Shown piece by piece: positions 22,905-32,000 of a DNA stretch of 32,000 nt. The position numbers were made by a program, and so were the translations under genes. Each line of letters starts with the position of its first letter. Position 1 is the first letter of the stretch. The DNA comes from Eubacteriaceae bacterium ES3 (GTDB taxonomy: Bacteria; Bacillota; Clostridia; Eubacteriales; Eubacteriaceae): the NCBI GenBank assembly GCA_030586155.1, contig CP130741.1, forward strand, positions 396,680-428,679, written 5' to 3'. The notes beneath the pieces are model-generated. The model saw only the letters and a program-made list of their open reading frames with translations. It was not told the DNA's origin and ran no database searches.

Positions 22905-23903
22905 ATGGCCTCAAAATTAATTTTTCTAGTCACCGGAGCGGCCGGTCACCTGGGCCGGGTAGTAACGCAGAAGCTGATTCAAAAGGGTGAACGTGTCCGG
23001 GCTTTGGTTTTAGCTGGGGAAAAACTGCTGCCGCAAAATGCTAAAATTTATTATGGGGATGTGCGGGACAAAAACTCGCTAAGGCCCTTCTTTGAACATG
23101 AGCAGGGTGAAGTTCTGGTGGTCATTCACTGCGCCGGCATTGTCTCCATCGCCTCAAAATACAGCCAGGATCTTTACGATGTCAATGTCACAGGAACTAG
23201 AAATATTACCGATCTTTGCCTGGAATATAGGGTTTCAAAGCTTGTTTATGTCTCTTCCGTCCATGCTATAGAAGCGCAGGCCCAGGGGATTGTAATGACA
23301 GAAACCAATAACTTTGATCCCAACCGGGTGTTGGGGCAATATGCTAAAACAAAGGCGGAAGCAACCGCCTATGTATTGGCGGCAACTGAACAAAACCTGG
23401 ATACTTCGGTGGTTCATCCGTCCGGGATTATCGGGCCTTTTGATTACGGTTGTGCCCATATGACAGCGATGATTATAGATTTTTGCAAACACAGACTGAC
23501 TTCGGGGATTTCCGGTGGTTATGATTTTGTGGATGTTCGCGATGTTGCTGATGGGATCATTGCCGCTTGCGATAGAGGTGCTAGTGGAGACTGCTATATT
23601 CTTTCAAATCGGTATTATACAGTCAGAGAAATTTTGCGGATGCTTTCTAAAATAACCGGGCGTCGGAGGATCAAAAGTTTCCTGCCGATCTGGTTTGTCA
23701 AAATGACCGCACCGATGGCGGAAGTATACTATAAGATCAGACGAAAACCGCCGCTTTTTACGGCTTATTCTATTGAAACCCTGCAGACCAATGCCAACTT
23801 TTCCCACGTCAAAGCCAGCAAAGAACTGGGGTACCACACAAGACCGATGATGGATACTTTGGCAGATACAGTCAGTTGGTTAAAAGAAAATGGAAGAATA
23901 TGA
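22905..23903 (+). CDS. NAD(P)-dependent epimerase/dehydratase (extended SDR) family protein
   Basis: It has the Rossmann motif VTGAAGHLGRVV, the catalytic YxxxK (YAKTK) and a dihydroflavonol-reductase-like length of 332 aa. Confidence 0.8.
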   Translation: MASKLIFLVTGAAGHLGRVVTQKLIQKGERVRALVLAGEKLLPQNAKIYYGDVRDKNSLRPFFEHEQGEVLVVIHCAGIVSIASKYSQDLYDVNVTGTRNITDLCLEYRVSKLVYVSSVHAIEAQAQGIVMTETNNFDPNRVLGQYAKTKAEATAYVLAATEQNLDTSVVHPSGIIGPFDYGCAHMTAMIIDFCKHRLTSGISGGYDFVDVRDVADGIIAACDRGASGDCYILSNRYYTVREILRMLSKITGRRRIKSFLPIWFVKMTAPMAEVYYKIRRKPPLFTAYSIETLQTNANFSHVKASKELGYHTRPMMDTLADTVSWLKENGRI

Positions 23904-23971
23904 CTTGAATGGTTTTTAAATAGCTATCTTTGCTGATATAATGATAGAATCAAGAAAAAAGAGGGACGAGT

Positions 23972-25132
23972 ATGAATGAGCTAAAAGAATATATTGAAAG
24001 AATCACGCAAGTTGGGATCAAAAAATTTGTGATTAGTAAGCCTGCCTCAAAAGATGAAAAGTACAATAAAGTTATCATCGAAAAGAAGGACAGCAAGTAT
24101 CAGATCGCCGGATATACTGACAAGCAGGTTTTTCATGAAAATATCGCTGAGGACCAATTGGCTAATCGGGTCTTTGAAATAAGTCATGACCATTTTCGTC
24201 AGATCAATGCCTGGTCTGAGCAGTTTGAACAGATGATTATGGTTTCTAAAAAGGGGAAAGTTTCATATAAGAAGAGGCAGATTTCTCAAGCCGAGGCAGT
24301 AGCTGTAGGGCTAGGCCATAACAGAAAGAAGCGATATCTGATTGAGGAAGGAACCATTGTTGCCCCTTTAGTTGATATGGGAATCTTTACCAAAGAGGGT
24401 AAGGTGGTCAATGCTATGTATGACAAATTTAAGCAGATTAACCGCTTTTTGGAAATTCTTGATGACGAAATCGGCAGTTTGAAGACTGAGCATGTAAATG
24501 TAATTGATTTTGGTTGTGGTAAGTCTTATTTGACATTTATTGTTTATTACTATCTTACAGAGATAAAAAAAATCAAGGCAAATATTATTGGTTTAGACTT
24601 AAAAAAAGAGGTGATCAGCAATTGTTCGCTTGCTGCCCAAAAATATGGTTATGAAAACCTGCGTTTTGAGCTGGGGGATATTAATGGCTACACAGCACCT
24701 TTTTCTGTTGATATTGTCATAACTCTCCACGCCTGTGACACGGCTACTGATTATGCCCTTTATAATGCCATAAACTGGAATGCAAAGATGATTTTTTCGG
24801 TCCCCTGCTGCCAGCATGAACTAAACAGTCAGATTTCAGCTGAGAATCTCTCACTCATCACCCGCTATGGAATAATAAAGGAGCGTTTTTCGGCCTTGGC
24901 AACTGATGCAATCAGGGCCAATCTTTTGGAAGTTAGCGGTTATAAGACCCAACTATTGGAATTTGTAGACCTGTCACATACCCCTAAGAATATTCTGATA
25001 AGGGCCGTCCGCCGCAAATCTACACCGGAAGAATTAAAGAAAAAAGCTTTAGATGAAGTAGATAGTCTAATGACAGAATTTAATTTTAATCCAACGCTTT
25101 ATCAACTGCTGACAGATAAGGAAACAGAATAA
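23972..25132 (+). CDS. Class I SAM-dependent methyltransferase, substrate unknown
   Basis: Motif I is [11 protein letters not shown], the acidic post-I motif is IGLDL, and the length is 386 aa with an N-terminal extension. Confidence 0.7.
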   Translation: MNELKEYIERITQVGIKKFVISKPASKDEKYNKVIIEKKDSKYQIAGYTDKQVFHENIAEDQLANRVFEISHDHFRQINAWSEQFEQMIMVSKKGKVSYKKRQISQAEAVAVGLGHNRKKRYLIEEGTIVAPLVDMGIFTKEGKVVNAMYDKFKQINRFLEILDDEIGSLKTEHVNVIDFGCGKSYLTFIVYYYLTEIKKIKANIIGLDLKKEVISNCSLAAQKYGYENLRFELGDINGYTAPFSVDIVITLHACDTATDYALYNAINWNAKMIFSVPCCQHELNSQISAENLSLITRYGIIKERFSALATDAIRANLLEVSGYKTQLLEFVDLSHTPKNILIRAVRRKSTPEELKKKALDEVDSLMTEFNFNPTLYQLLTDKETE

Positions 25133-25137
25133 AAAAA

Positions 25138-25168
25138 CGGCACTCCTTTAACAAGGGGTACCGCTTTT
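25138..25168. terminator. Weak hairpin plus T-run between the convergent methyltransferase and ferredoxin genes
   Basis: CGGCACTCC-tttaacaa-GGGGTACCG has one mismatch and one G-U pair. It is preceded by A7 and followed by CTTTT. Confidence 0.4.
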
Positions 25169-25179
25169 CAGACGATTAT

Positions 25180-25365
25180 CTATTCAACGATAATCGCATT
25201 GAAACCGCATTCTGGTTCACAGGCGCCGCAATCGATGCATTCATCTTCATCAATGGCGTAAGAAATTGTTCCGGGTGGATTACTGATAGCAGAAACCGGG
25301 CAGGCACTTTTACATGCGCCACAGAATTCACATTTATCTGGATCAATTTTATGCATGGTAGTCAT
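25180..25365 (-). CDS. 2x[4Fe-4S] clostridial-type ferredoxin (61 aa)
   Basis: It has CEFCGACKSACP and CIDCGACEPEC. Confidence 0.85.
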   Translation of the reverse strand: MTTMHKIDPDKCEFCGACKSACPVSAISNPPGTISYAIDEDECIDCGACEPECGFNAIIVE

Positions 25366-25515
25366 CTCCTTTCCAGTTTCCTGATAATAAATTATTAATC
25401 AAAAACTTTTACTTAGTATATACTTTTAGCGGCATTTTATCAAGGAAGAATGTGATAGTTTATGTTCTATAAAAATACAAAATAGAAAACAAAAAGATCA
25501 TTAAGCGGACAGTTT

Positions 25516-25848
25516 TTAATCATCTATACCAATCATTACATCAGTTCCTTCAATTTTAATGGGATAGCTCTTAATATTATGGACTTTTGCGGGAATAAAG
25601 AGTACCTTTCCGCTTTTAACGACGGATCCGGTTTTTACATCGAAAACGGACCCATGCCTTGGGCAAATAACATTTTGACCTTCAAGCTTTCCGGCACTTA
25701 GAGAACCGCCCATATGTGGACAGGTATCGTCAATTGCGTAATAAGTGCCTTCAAGATTGGACAGTAAAATGGGTGTTTCTGCAATAATGAATTTTTTCAT
25801 TGTTCCTGGTTTTAATTCTTCTATTGAAACAACTTTCATATAGCGCAT
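25516..25848 (-). CDS. Rieske [2Fe-2S] domain protein (110 aa)
   Basis: It has CPHMGGSL (CxH) and CPRHGSVF (CxxH). GGAGGT lies 9 nt upstream of the ATG at 25848. Confidence 0.85.
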   Translation of the reverse strand: MRYMKVVSIEELKPGTMKKFIIAETPILLSNLEGTYYAIDDTCPHMGGSLSAGKLEGQNVICPRHGSVFDVKTGSVVKSGKVLFIPAKVHNIKSYPIKIEGTDVMIGIDD

Positions 25849-26065
25849 AATAAATTTACCTCCATCATTTTATAATTTTGATACCCAAATTATAAAAGCT
25901 TAATTAAATTTTGGGGAGATTGCAAAGTATTTAAACTTGACTTATTAATTTGTATTGGATATTTATTGGTATATGACCGGATTGAAAGTAACCATATATT
26001 TTGATAAACTTTATTTAAGAGTAGGGAAATAGAAAGCCGGTTATTAAAATTAAGGGGGCAACAGT

Positions 26066-29000
26066 TTGGACAATAATGACAAGGTAATTACGCTTTTTTC
26101 TTATATAAAAGAACTCTACGAGCAGAAATATTCGATTATTGCAGATGTGAAAGCACAGCAATGGTTTCAATGGCTTTCGGAAATACCAGCTAATGAAGCT
26201 TATGTAAAACTGAATTATCTGGATCGTTTATCTGAAGATGATGAAATGGGAGAGGAAAAAAGCATTATTCTCGAAGTAAGCAAACCTGAATTTGAAAAGT
26301 GCCCTTCTATACCGGAAATTCTCTTGTTCTGGGTCGAACCGGGCTGGCAGAAGTTTAACAATCAGGCATTACGTAAAGACAGTATACAAATCTATAAGGG
26401 TGAGACGCTGACAACTGAAAATTTTACAGATGATCCGCTTCGGGTCAGCACCTATAATTATTGGAGCAAAGATCGGGACAGGTGGGTTATTCGTCAATTG
26501 GAAATAAACAAGATCCGGCTGCTTTTTAATCAATTATATTTGATTTACAATGAGTTGGAAAATAATTCAGAAGCGGTTGAACTAATGGTTGGGCAAGGCA
26601 TATTAAGTTGCCAGTCGGATCTGTATGAATTTGTGTCCCATCCTATTCTTTTAAAAAGACTATCTATGGAATTTCTGGCCAAGCAGAACATTATCAGAAT
26701 TATTGATTCCAATGTTGACCCGGAACTCTATACCATGCTTTTGCAAAAGATAGATTTCATTAATCATTTGGCTGTTAAAGGTTTAAAAGATGATCTGGAA
26801 GACAATTTTTATCATCCCCTGGATAGAAAGGAGACGCCGGAATATCTTAAAAGCTTTGCTCACCGATTGCACTCGGACAGTAAGTATAGCTCAGATTTGA
26901 ATGATAGGCTGAATGAATATGATAAGCTGATTATTTATGATCATCCGGTTTTTTTCGTACGCAAAAGGACGGGTGGAGTTGTTAAAGCAATAGAGGATAT
27001 TATTGGACAGATTGAAGAAACGGGACAAGTATCGGGACCGCTTCTAAATCTGATAGGTGAGAACGTTTCTCAGTTTTCAGATAGCCTTAGAAGCCTGGAT
27101 TTAAGTCAGAGTCTGGCTGCCATTAATGGTGAAGACAAATCAGTCCTCTTATCAAAAGAGGCCAATGAGGAACAACTGGAAATTGCCAGACAAATAGAAA
27201 AGTATAATGCGGTCCTGGTACAGGGGCCGCCGGGAACCGGAAAAACCCATACTATTGCAAATCTGATTGGGCATTTTCTGGCCCAGGGAAAAAATATTCT
27301 GGTTACCAGTCATACCAGGAAAGCCTTGAGTGTTGTCAAGGAAAAGGTGGTACCAGAGCTGCAAGATCTTTGTGTATCGGTTTTATATGACAATAATCTG
27401 GATATGGAACGTTCAGTGGATGGGATTTCTGAATATATTTCATCCCATAATTCATTGGAGTTGCATCAAAATAGTGAAAAATTAAAAAGAGAACGGGATA
27501 AGATCATTGACGACTTATCCAATATCAGACAGAAGTCATATTCTATAAAGTTTAAAGAATACGAAAGTATTGTTTTTGACGGTAAAGAATATTCTCCAGC
27601 AGAAGCGGCAAGATTTGTTCATGAAAATAGGGAAAATTTATCGTATATTCCCGGCAAAGTGAAACTGAATCAGCCACTGCCCGTTACGATTGGCGACCTG
27701 GAGCTGGTTTATAAAAGCAATTCTGAAATCTCAGTCAGTGAAGAAATTGAACTGGAGAATAAGCTACCCAATCCGGATAGTTTACTGGCGCCCTATCAGT
27801 TTGAATCGGCAGTGAAAAGTCTGAGGAAAATTGAAGAACAGCTGGAACGTATCAATGAAAAATTTGATAAGCGTCTAAAGTATAATTTAAATCAGCTTGA
27901 GGTTGAATACCAGGGTGAAAAACTTTATAAAGCACCTGATTTGGACAAAGTGGCAGAACTGAAAGACATGATTAGGAATAATGTTTTTCAGTTTTCCGGC
28001 TGGGAAATTCATGCCATTCTGGATGGCAAAAAAGGTGGCGGTTTCAAAAAAGTATGGGAAGATTTATATAATTTACTGGATGAAACCTATCAGTTAGCAG
28101 GTGATACCGTTCAGATGACAGTTGGAAAATCGTTGACCGGCAGTCATCAGGTTGATGAAGAGACGATTAGAATATTGTGTCAGATAAAAGAACACTTAAA
28201 TGAGGGGAAAAAGCTGTCAGGACTGGTATTTTTAATACACCGGGACTGGAAAGCGATACTGGAGAATATCTCATTGAATGGTCAGCCTGTAAGAACAGCC
28301 GAAGACTGCCAGGTATTAATTGTTTTGTGTCGGCTTAAACTGAAGCGAGACCAACTGAGATTATTATGGGATGAGCTGATTTTTAAAAATGGCGGCATAA
28401 ATTTTGATGAACTGGGGCAAGAACCTGAGGAGACGGGAATTCAGTACAACAAAATTATCAAGGCAAGTCTCAATTGGTATGAAGACACATTTAGCAGGAT
28501 AAAAAATTGTTTTGTTCAGGTCGGCTTTAATGCTGAACTGATGAAAGAAGATCAGATTAACCTGAATGCACAAGCTGAAATTGAATTTTTAACTCATAAA
28601 GTTTATAACGATTTACCACTCTATATTGAGATAGTTGAATTGATTGAGGAGGACTTAAGAGATTTAAAAGGGCAATTAGATTCAAATCTTGAAATCTTGA
28701 CCAGCTACAAAAATTCTGTCATCTGTAAGTTGCTTTCTGCAGTCGCTGTTCAAAAGAATGCTACAAGGTACCGGGAAATTTTTGACCAGTTGAATAAGCT
28801 TTATGAAAAGAACTTTTTTTTGTCAGAACGATTTAGAATTCTCAAATCCATTGAGGGGAGCGCTCCCGAATGGGCTGCGATGATCAAAAATCGGACTGGT
28901 ATTCATGGGCAGGCTGACCTTCCGGCTAATATTGAAGAAGCCTGGAAATGGAAGCAATTTGCCGGACTTATCGAGGAAATCACGAAGCAGCCCTTTGATA

Positions 29001-30616
29001 AATTGCAGCGGCAGATGGCTGAACTAACCGGAAAACTGAGGCAGCTGACAGCTGTTTTATCTGAGAACCTTTCCTGGTATCATCTATTGACTCGAATTGA
29101 AGGGGATATCAGTAAAAAACAGGCCCTTCAGGGCTGGAAAATGACGGTTAAAAAAATTGGCAAAGGCACAGGAAAAAGGGCACCGGCTTTAAGACGGGAA
29201 GCAAAAAAACTGATGGCAGAGTGTCAGACTTCGGTGCCGGCCTGGATTATGCCAGTCAATAAAGCTCTGGAGACATTGGACCCTCGAAATAATAGGTTTG
29301 ACATTGTCATTATCGATGAAGCCAGTCAGTCCGATATTTCAGCTCTGGCGATTATGTATCTGGCCAAAAAGATTATAATAGTCGGGGATGATGAGCAGGT
29401 CAGCCCTTCAGCGGTTGGAATCGATCAGGAAAAAATGCATAATCTGGCGAAAATGACTATCCAGGGGCTTATTCCCAATTCGCACCTATATGATATGAAC
29501 TCTTCCTTGTATGATATCGGAAAAACAACCTTTCCAACCCTGATGTTAAAAGAGCATTTTCGCTGTGTCCCCAGCATTATCAATTACAGCAACCGTCTGT
29601 CATATGATTTTAAAATTCGACCGCTTAGAGACGACAGTCAGGTAATGGTTAAGCCAGCAACTGCAGCTTATCAGGTATATGGCCAGCGGGAAGGCCGTAA
29701 AAAAGTCAATGAGCTGGAAGCTAAAACAGTTGTAGCCTTAATGCTTGCCTGCATGAGACATATGGAATACGATAAGATGACTTTTGGGGCAATTTCCATG
29801 CTGGGAGAAGATCAGGCCAAGCGGATTTATGAATTGGCAATTGAAAAAATCGAGCCCTCTATCATGGAAGAACGGCGAATTTTATGCGGGAATGCCGCCA
29901 GTTTTCAGGGGGACGAGCGGGACATTATCTTTCTTTCGCTGGTGGACAGCAATGAGGGGGACGGTCCTTTAAGAATGACTGGTGAAGGCAGCGGCAAATC
30001 GACCAAACAACGATATAATGTGGCGGCCAGCCGGGCCAGAAATCAGCTTTGGGTGGTTCATTCATTAGATGTTTTTGATGATTTGAAAGCAGGCGATATG
30101 CGTCGGGATTTGATTGAATATGTTTCGGACCCAAAAGTTTTTTCAAAACAGCAGTTTATTGAGAAGAAGTCCAATTCACCCTTTGAAATTGCAGTTTCTG
30201 GAGCACTTGAAAAAAATGGTTTCAGAATTGTTCAGCACTGGCAAGTGGGGGCCTATCGTATTGATCTGGTTGCAGTCTCAGGCGAAAAGAAAATTGCCAT
30301 TGAATGTGATGGCGAGCTTTATTCTAGCGGTGCTGAAAATATTCGCGTAGAGATGGAGAAGCAGGCTGTCCTTGAAAGACTTGGCTGGCGCTTTATCCAC
30401 ATCCGAGGCAGTGAGTATTATGGGGATCCAGAAGCGACCTTGAAACGAGTCATGCGGGAGTTGAAGGAATTTGAAATTGAACCGGAAACCGAAGCTTTTT
30501 TTGAATCCGGCGAAAAGTTGGGACTTAAGGAGCGTGTGATTGCGACGGCTAAAGTGATTTTAGATGATTGGGAAAAAGAATCAGAAGCGCTTTCTACTGA
30601 ATCGGAGATGAGTTAA
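26066..30616 (+). CDS. Large SF1 (Upf1/DNA2-like, AAA_11/AAA_12-type) helicase with a C-terminal Vsr/DUF559-like endonuclease domain
   Basis: Motif I is VLVQGPPGTGKTHT (aa 387-394, nt 27224-27247). Motif II is IVIIDEASQ (D1084, nt 29315). Motif III is IIIVGDDEQVSP and motif IV is KEHFRC. Motifs V and VI are FQGDERDIIFLSLV and RYNVAASRARNQLWVVHS. The C-terminal YRIDLVAVSGEKKIAIECDGELY...ERLGWRFIHIRGSEY shows the D...E.DG pattern of the Vsr/DUF559 fold. The start is a TTG with AAGGGGG 7 nt upstream. Confidence 0.85.
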   Translation: MDNNDKVITLFSYIKELYEQKYSIIADVKAQQWFQWLSEIPANEAYVKLNYLDRLSEDDEMGEEKSIILEVSKPEFEKCPSIPEILLFWVEPGWQKFNNQALRKDSIQIYKGETLTTENFTDDPLRVSTYNYWSKDRDRWVIRQLEINKIRLLFNQLYLIYNELENNSEAVELMVGQGILSCQSDLYEFVSHPILLKRLSMEFLAKQNIIRIIDSNVDPELYTMLLQKIDFINHLAVKGLKDDLEDNFYHPLDRKETPEYLKSFAHRLHSDSKYSSDLNDRLNEYDKLIIYDHPVFFVRKRTGGVVKAIEDIIGQIEETGQVSGPLLNLIGENVSQFSDSLRSLDLSQSLAAINGEDKSVLLSKEANEEQLEIARQIEKYNAVLVQGPPGTGKTHTIANLIGHFLAQGKNILVTSHTRKALSVVKEKVVPELQDLCVSVLYDNNLDMERSVDGISEYISSHNSLELHQNSEKLKRERDKIIDDLSNIRQKSYSIKFKEYESIVFDGKEYSPAEAARFVHENRENLSYIPGKVKLNQPLPVTIGDLELVYKSNSEISVSEEIELENKLPNPDSLLAPYQFESAVKSLRKIEEQLERINEKFDKRLKYNLNQLEVEYQGEKLYKAPDLDKVAELKDMIRNNVFQFSGWEIHAILDGKKGGGFKKVWEDLYNLLDETYQLAGDTVQMTVGKSLTGSHQVDEETIRILCQIKEHLNEGKKLSGLVFLIHRDWKAILENISLNGQPVRTAEDCQVLIVLCRLKLKRDQLRLLWDELIFKNGGINFDELGQEPEETGIQYNKIIKASLNWYEDTFSRIKNCFVQVGFNAELMKEDQINLNAQAEIEFLTHKVYNDLPLYIEIVELIEEDLRDLKGQLDSNLEILTSYKNSVICKLLSAVAVQKNATRYREIFDQLNKLYEKNFFLSERFRILKSIEGSAPEWAAMIKNRTGIHGQADLPANIEEAWKWKQFAGLIEEITKQPFDKLQRQMAELTGKLRQLTAVLSENLSWYHLLTRIEGDISKKQALQGWKMTVKKIGKGTGKRAPALRREAKKLMAECQTSVPAWIMPVNKALETLDPRNNRFDIVIIDEASQSDISALAIMYLAKKIIIVGDDEQVSPSAVGIDQEKMHNLAKMTIQGLIPNSHLYDMNSSLYDIGKTTFPTLMLKEHFRCVPSIINYSNRLSYDFKIRPLRDDSQVMVKPATAAYQVYGQREGRKKVNELEAKTVVALMLACMRHMEYDKMTFGAISMLGEDQAKRIYELAIEKIEPSIMEERRILCGNAASFQGDERDIIFLSLVDSNEGDGPLRMTGEGSGKSTKQRYNVAASRARNQLWVVHSLDVFDDLKAGDMRRDLIEYVSDPKVFSKQQFIEKKSNSPFEIAVSGALEKNGFRIVQHWQVGAYRIDLVAVSGEKKIAIECDGELYSSGAENIRVEMEKQAVLERLGWRFIHIRGSEYYGDPEATLKRVMRELKEFEIEPETEAFFESGEKLGLKERVIATAKVILDDWEKESEALSTESEMS

Positions 30617-30674
30617 ATCTTTGGAAAAATAGATGCTGATATTTCAGGAATTGAAAAAATAAAGGAGACAAGTT

Positions 30675-31625
30675 TTGAACGATAAAAATATTGCCTTACT
30701 GATTGATGTTGACAATGTCAGTGCCAAATATGTGAAAATTATTTTTGAAGAGTTGAATGCCATCGGGACAGTTTCGATTAGAAGGATTTATGGAAACTGG
30801 CAAAAGAATTATGGTTGGAATGAAGAGGTTCTGCTGGAGTATTCGATTCAGCCGATTCAGCAGTTTGATTACACTAAAGGTAAAAACGCAACGGATATGG
30901 CCATGGTCATTGATGCTATGGATATCCTGTATAACCATGATATTGATATATTCTGTATTGTTTCAAGTGACAGCGATTTTACCCGACTGGCCATGAGATT
31001 GAGAGAGTCTCAAACCTATGTAATTGGCATGGGGGAATCAAAGACTCCGCTGGCTTTAACAAAGGCCTGTAATAAATTTGTCCATCTAAATTTAATTGCC
31101 TCGGAAGATGCTGAAGCAGATTTGGAAAAGACAGAGGGAGAAAATAATCAGAATGGAAAAACTGCTATAACCGTTGAGTCTAATGTGACACCTAAAGAAG
31201 TCATTGAAAAGTCAATTCTCGATATGCTGGCCGACCATGATCGTGTTCCTTTAGGTGATATTGGTCGTAAATTGGGTAACCTGTATTCGGATTTTGATGT
31301 CAGAAACTATGGTTATACAAAACTGAGCGTCTTTATCCGGGAAGAATGTTCGAAAATTTTTATTGAAGAAGAAGACAGACATTATTTCGTGAAAATGAAG
31401 AATGCAGTGGATATTATGACGATTAAAAAGGAAATCATTGAGATGATTAGAAATAACGGGGGCGTTATTCAGAATTTGTCAAAAATTCATGATGAACTAA
31501 AGAATAGACATGCACATTTTAATCTCCATGATTATGGTTTCAGCCGGTGTTCAAGTTTTCTGCGAAGTATAGATGGACTTGTTGTGGAGGGAAATAAGGT
31601 TAGATTGAAGGGGAAAGTAAAATAG
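30675..31625 (+). CDS. NYN-domain (LabA/PIN-like) putative ribonuclease with two C-terminal OST-HTH/LOTUS domains
   Basis: The N-terminus has IALLIDVDNV...IFCIVSSDSDFTRLAMRLRE, the NYN acidic residues. Two repeats follow of the LOTUS-like pattern (...VPLGDIGRKLGNLYSDFDVRNYGYTKLSVFI... and ...IQNLSKIHDELKNRHAHFNLHDYGFSRCSSFL...). The start is a TTG with AAGGAG 7 nt upstream. It lies 58 nt after the helicase stop with no hairpin between. Confidence 0.8.
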   Translation: MNDKNIALLIDVDNVSAKYVKIIFEELNAIGTVSIRRIYGNWQKNYGWNEEVLLEYSIQPIQQFDYTKGKNATDMAMVIDAMDILYNHDIDIFCIVSSDSDFTRLAMRLRESQTYVIGMGESKTPLALTKACNKFVHLNLIASEDAEADLEKTEGENNQNGKTAITVESNVTPKEVIEKSILDMLADHDRVPLGDIGRKLGNLYSDFDVRNYGYTKLSVFIREECSKIFIEEEDRHYFVKMKNAVDIMTIKKEIIEMIRNNGGVIQNLSKIHDELKNRHAHFNLHDYGFSRCSSFLRSIDGLVVEGNKVRLKGKVK

Positions 31626-31658
31626 GTATTATGTAGAGCGTATAAGGGAAGTGCAATC

Positions 31659-32000
31659 ATGAAAATCCAAGTACAGTATTCAACATTAATCGTTAAAGAC
31701 CTGTCCGAATCAGTTCGCTTTTATCGGGATGTGCTGGGCTTATCTGAAGGTTATCATGTGGATTTACCGGGAGGCGGTGCTATAACCATTATGAATAGTG
31801 AAGATGGAGCCAGTGTTGAGTTGACCGAAAGTAAAAATTTTGATGTGGGTATGTATTCGATTGGTACCGATGTTGCTGATCTTGACGAAGCCATTAGGGA
31901 GCTGAAGGAAAAAGGGTATGAAACCACCGGACCGGTTATTGCCACCTCAGTAGGACGGCAGACTTTTGTTATGGATCCCAATGGTGTCCGCATTTGCCTG
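31659..32000 (+). CDS. VOC (glyoxalase/bleomycin-resistance/dioxygenase) family protein, 3' end beyond the window
   Basis: Absent from the ORF track because there is no stop in the window. My translation is MKIQVQYSTLIVKDLSESVRFYRDVLGLSEGYHVDLPGGGAITIMNSEDGASVELTE...TFVMDPNGVRICL. The 'F Y..vLG' start and 'D P(N/D)G' end are typical of VOC folds. Confidence 0.7.
   Translation, partial: MKIQVQYSTLIVKDLSESVRFYRDVLGLSEGYHVDLPGGGAITIMNSEDGASVELTESKNFDVGMYSIGTDVADLDEAIRELKEKGYETTGPVIATSVGRQTFVMDPNGVRICL

Noticed and set aside
26066-27220. Assigning the helicase N-terminal 385 aa to DUF4011, and hence calling the gene Hhe outright.
   Set aside because: I do not see the RNRLL(N/D)F-type motif that I associate with DUF4011, so the family of the N-terminal region is left open. 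Only the architectural resemblance (SF1 helicase plus Vsr-like nuclease) is stated.
1-32000. Mobile elements, tRNA/rRNA genes, CRISPR arrays and long direct repeats.
   Set aside because: I saw no transposase, integrase or recombinase ORF and no terminal inverted repeats. There is no repeat-spacer periodicity and no tRNA-like cloverleaf in the intergenic regions. The absence was judged by eye only.

Overview
This is a low-GC segment, about 40% by eye, with the gene content of a strictly anaerobic, Firmicutes-like bacterium; the taxon cannot be fixed from the sequence alone. I saw no rRNA, tRNA, CRISPR array, IS element or integrase.

The left 12.6 kb is a metal and metalloid accessory region.
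- A partial ArsR/SmtB regulator with a CVC motif runs off the left edge.
- A minus-strand operon at 203-2177 encodes a cysteine desulfurase-family protein, a CFeSP/RnfB-type Fe-S domain protein and a small orphan protein.
- A radical-SAM/SPASM gene sits at 2550-3602.
- A translationally coupled, cysteine-rich operon with no described function sits at 3722-6023. It encodes a stand-alone HdrA-like domain, a ferredoxin, a DGC::GcvH-like fusion that keeps the lipoyl-lysine position, and two more DGC proteins.
- Further right are a ferredoxin-MFS-split-permease operon, a low-molecular-weight-phosphatase-type arsC, and a TetR-controlled second radical-SAM gene with two palindromic operators.
- The region ends with the mercury-methylation pair hgcA-hgcB. 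HgcA has the NVWCAAGKG cap-helix motif and HgcB has a C-terminal CC.

The middle of the window is mostly ordinary. It holds a nitroreductase, a membrane GGDEF-EAL protein, a four-gene amino-acid ABC transporter, a TspO-like membrane protein, a thioredoxin-reductase-like flavoprotein without NADPH motifs, mutM, an SDR, a methyltransferase, a ferredoxin and a Rieske protein.

The right end carries a 1516-aa Upf1/DNA2-like SF1 helicase with a Vsr/DUF559-like nuclease tail. It is followed 58 nt later by a NYN plus two-LOTUS putative RNase, which makes a candidate defence module.

The two best candidates for undescribed biology are the DGC/GcvH/HdrA-like/radical-SAM cluster next to hgcAB and the helicase-nuclease plus NYN-LOTUS pair.
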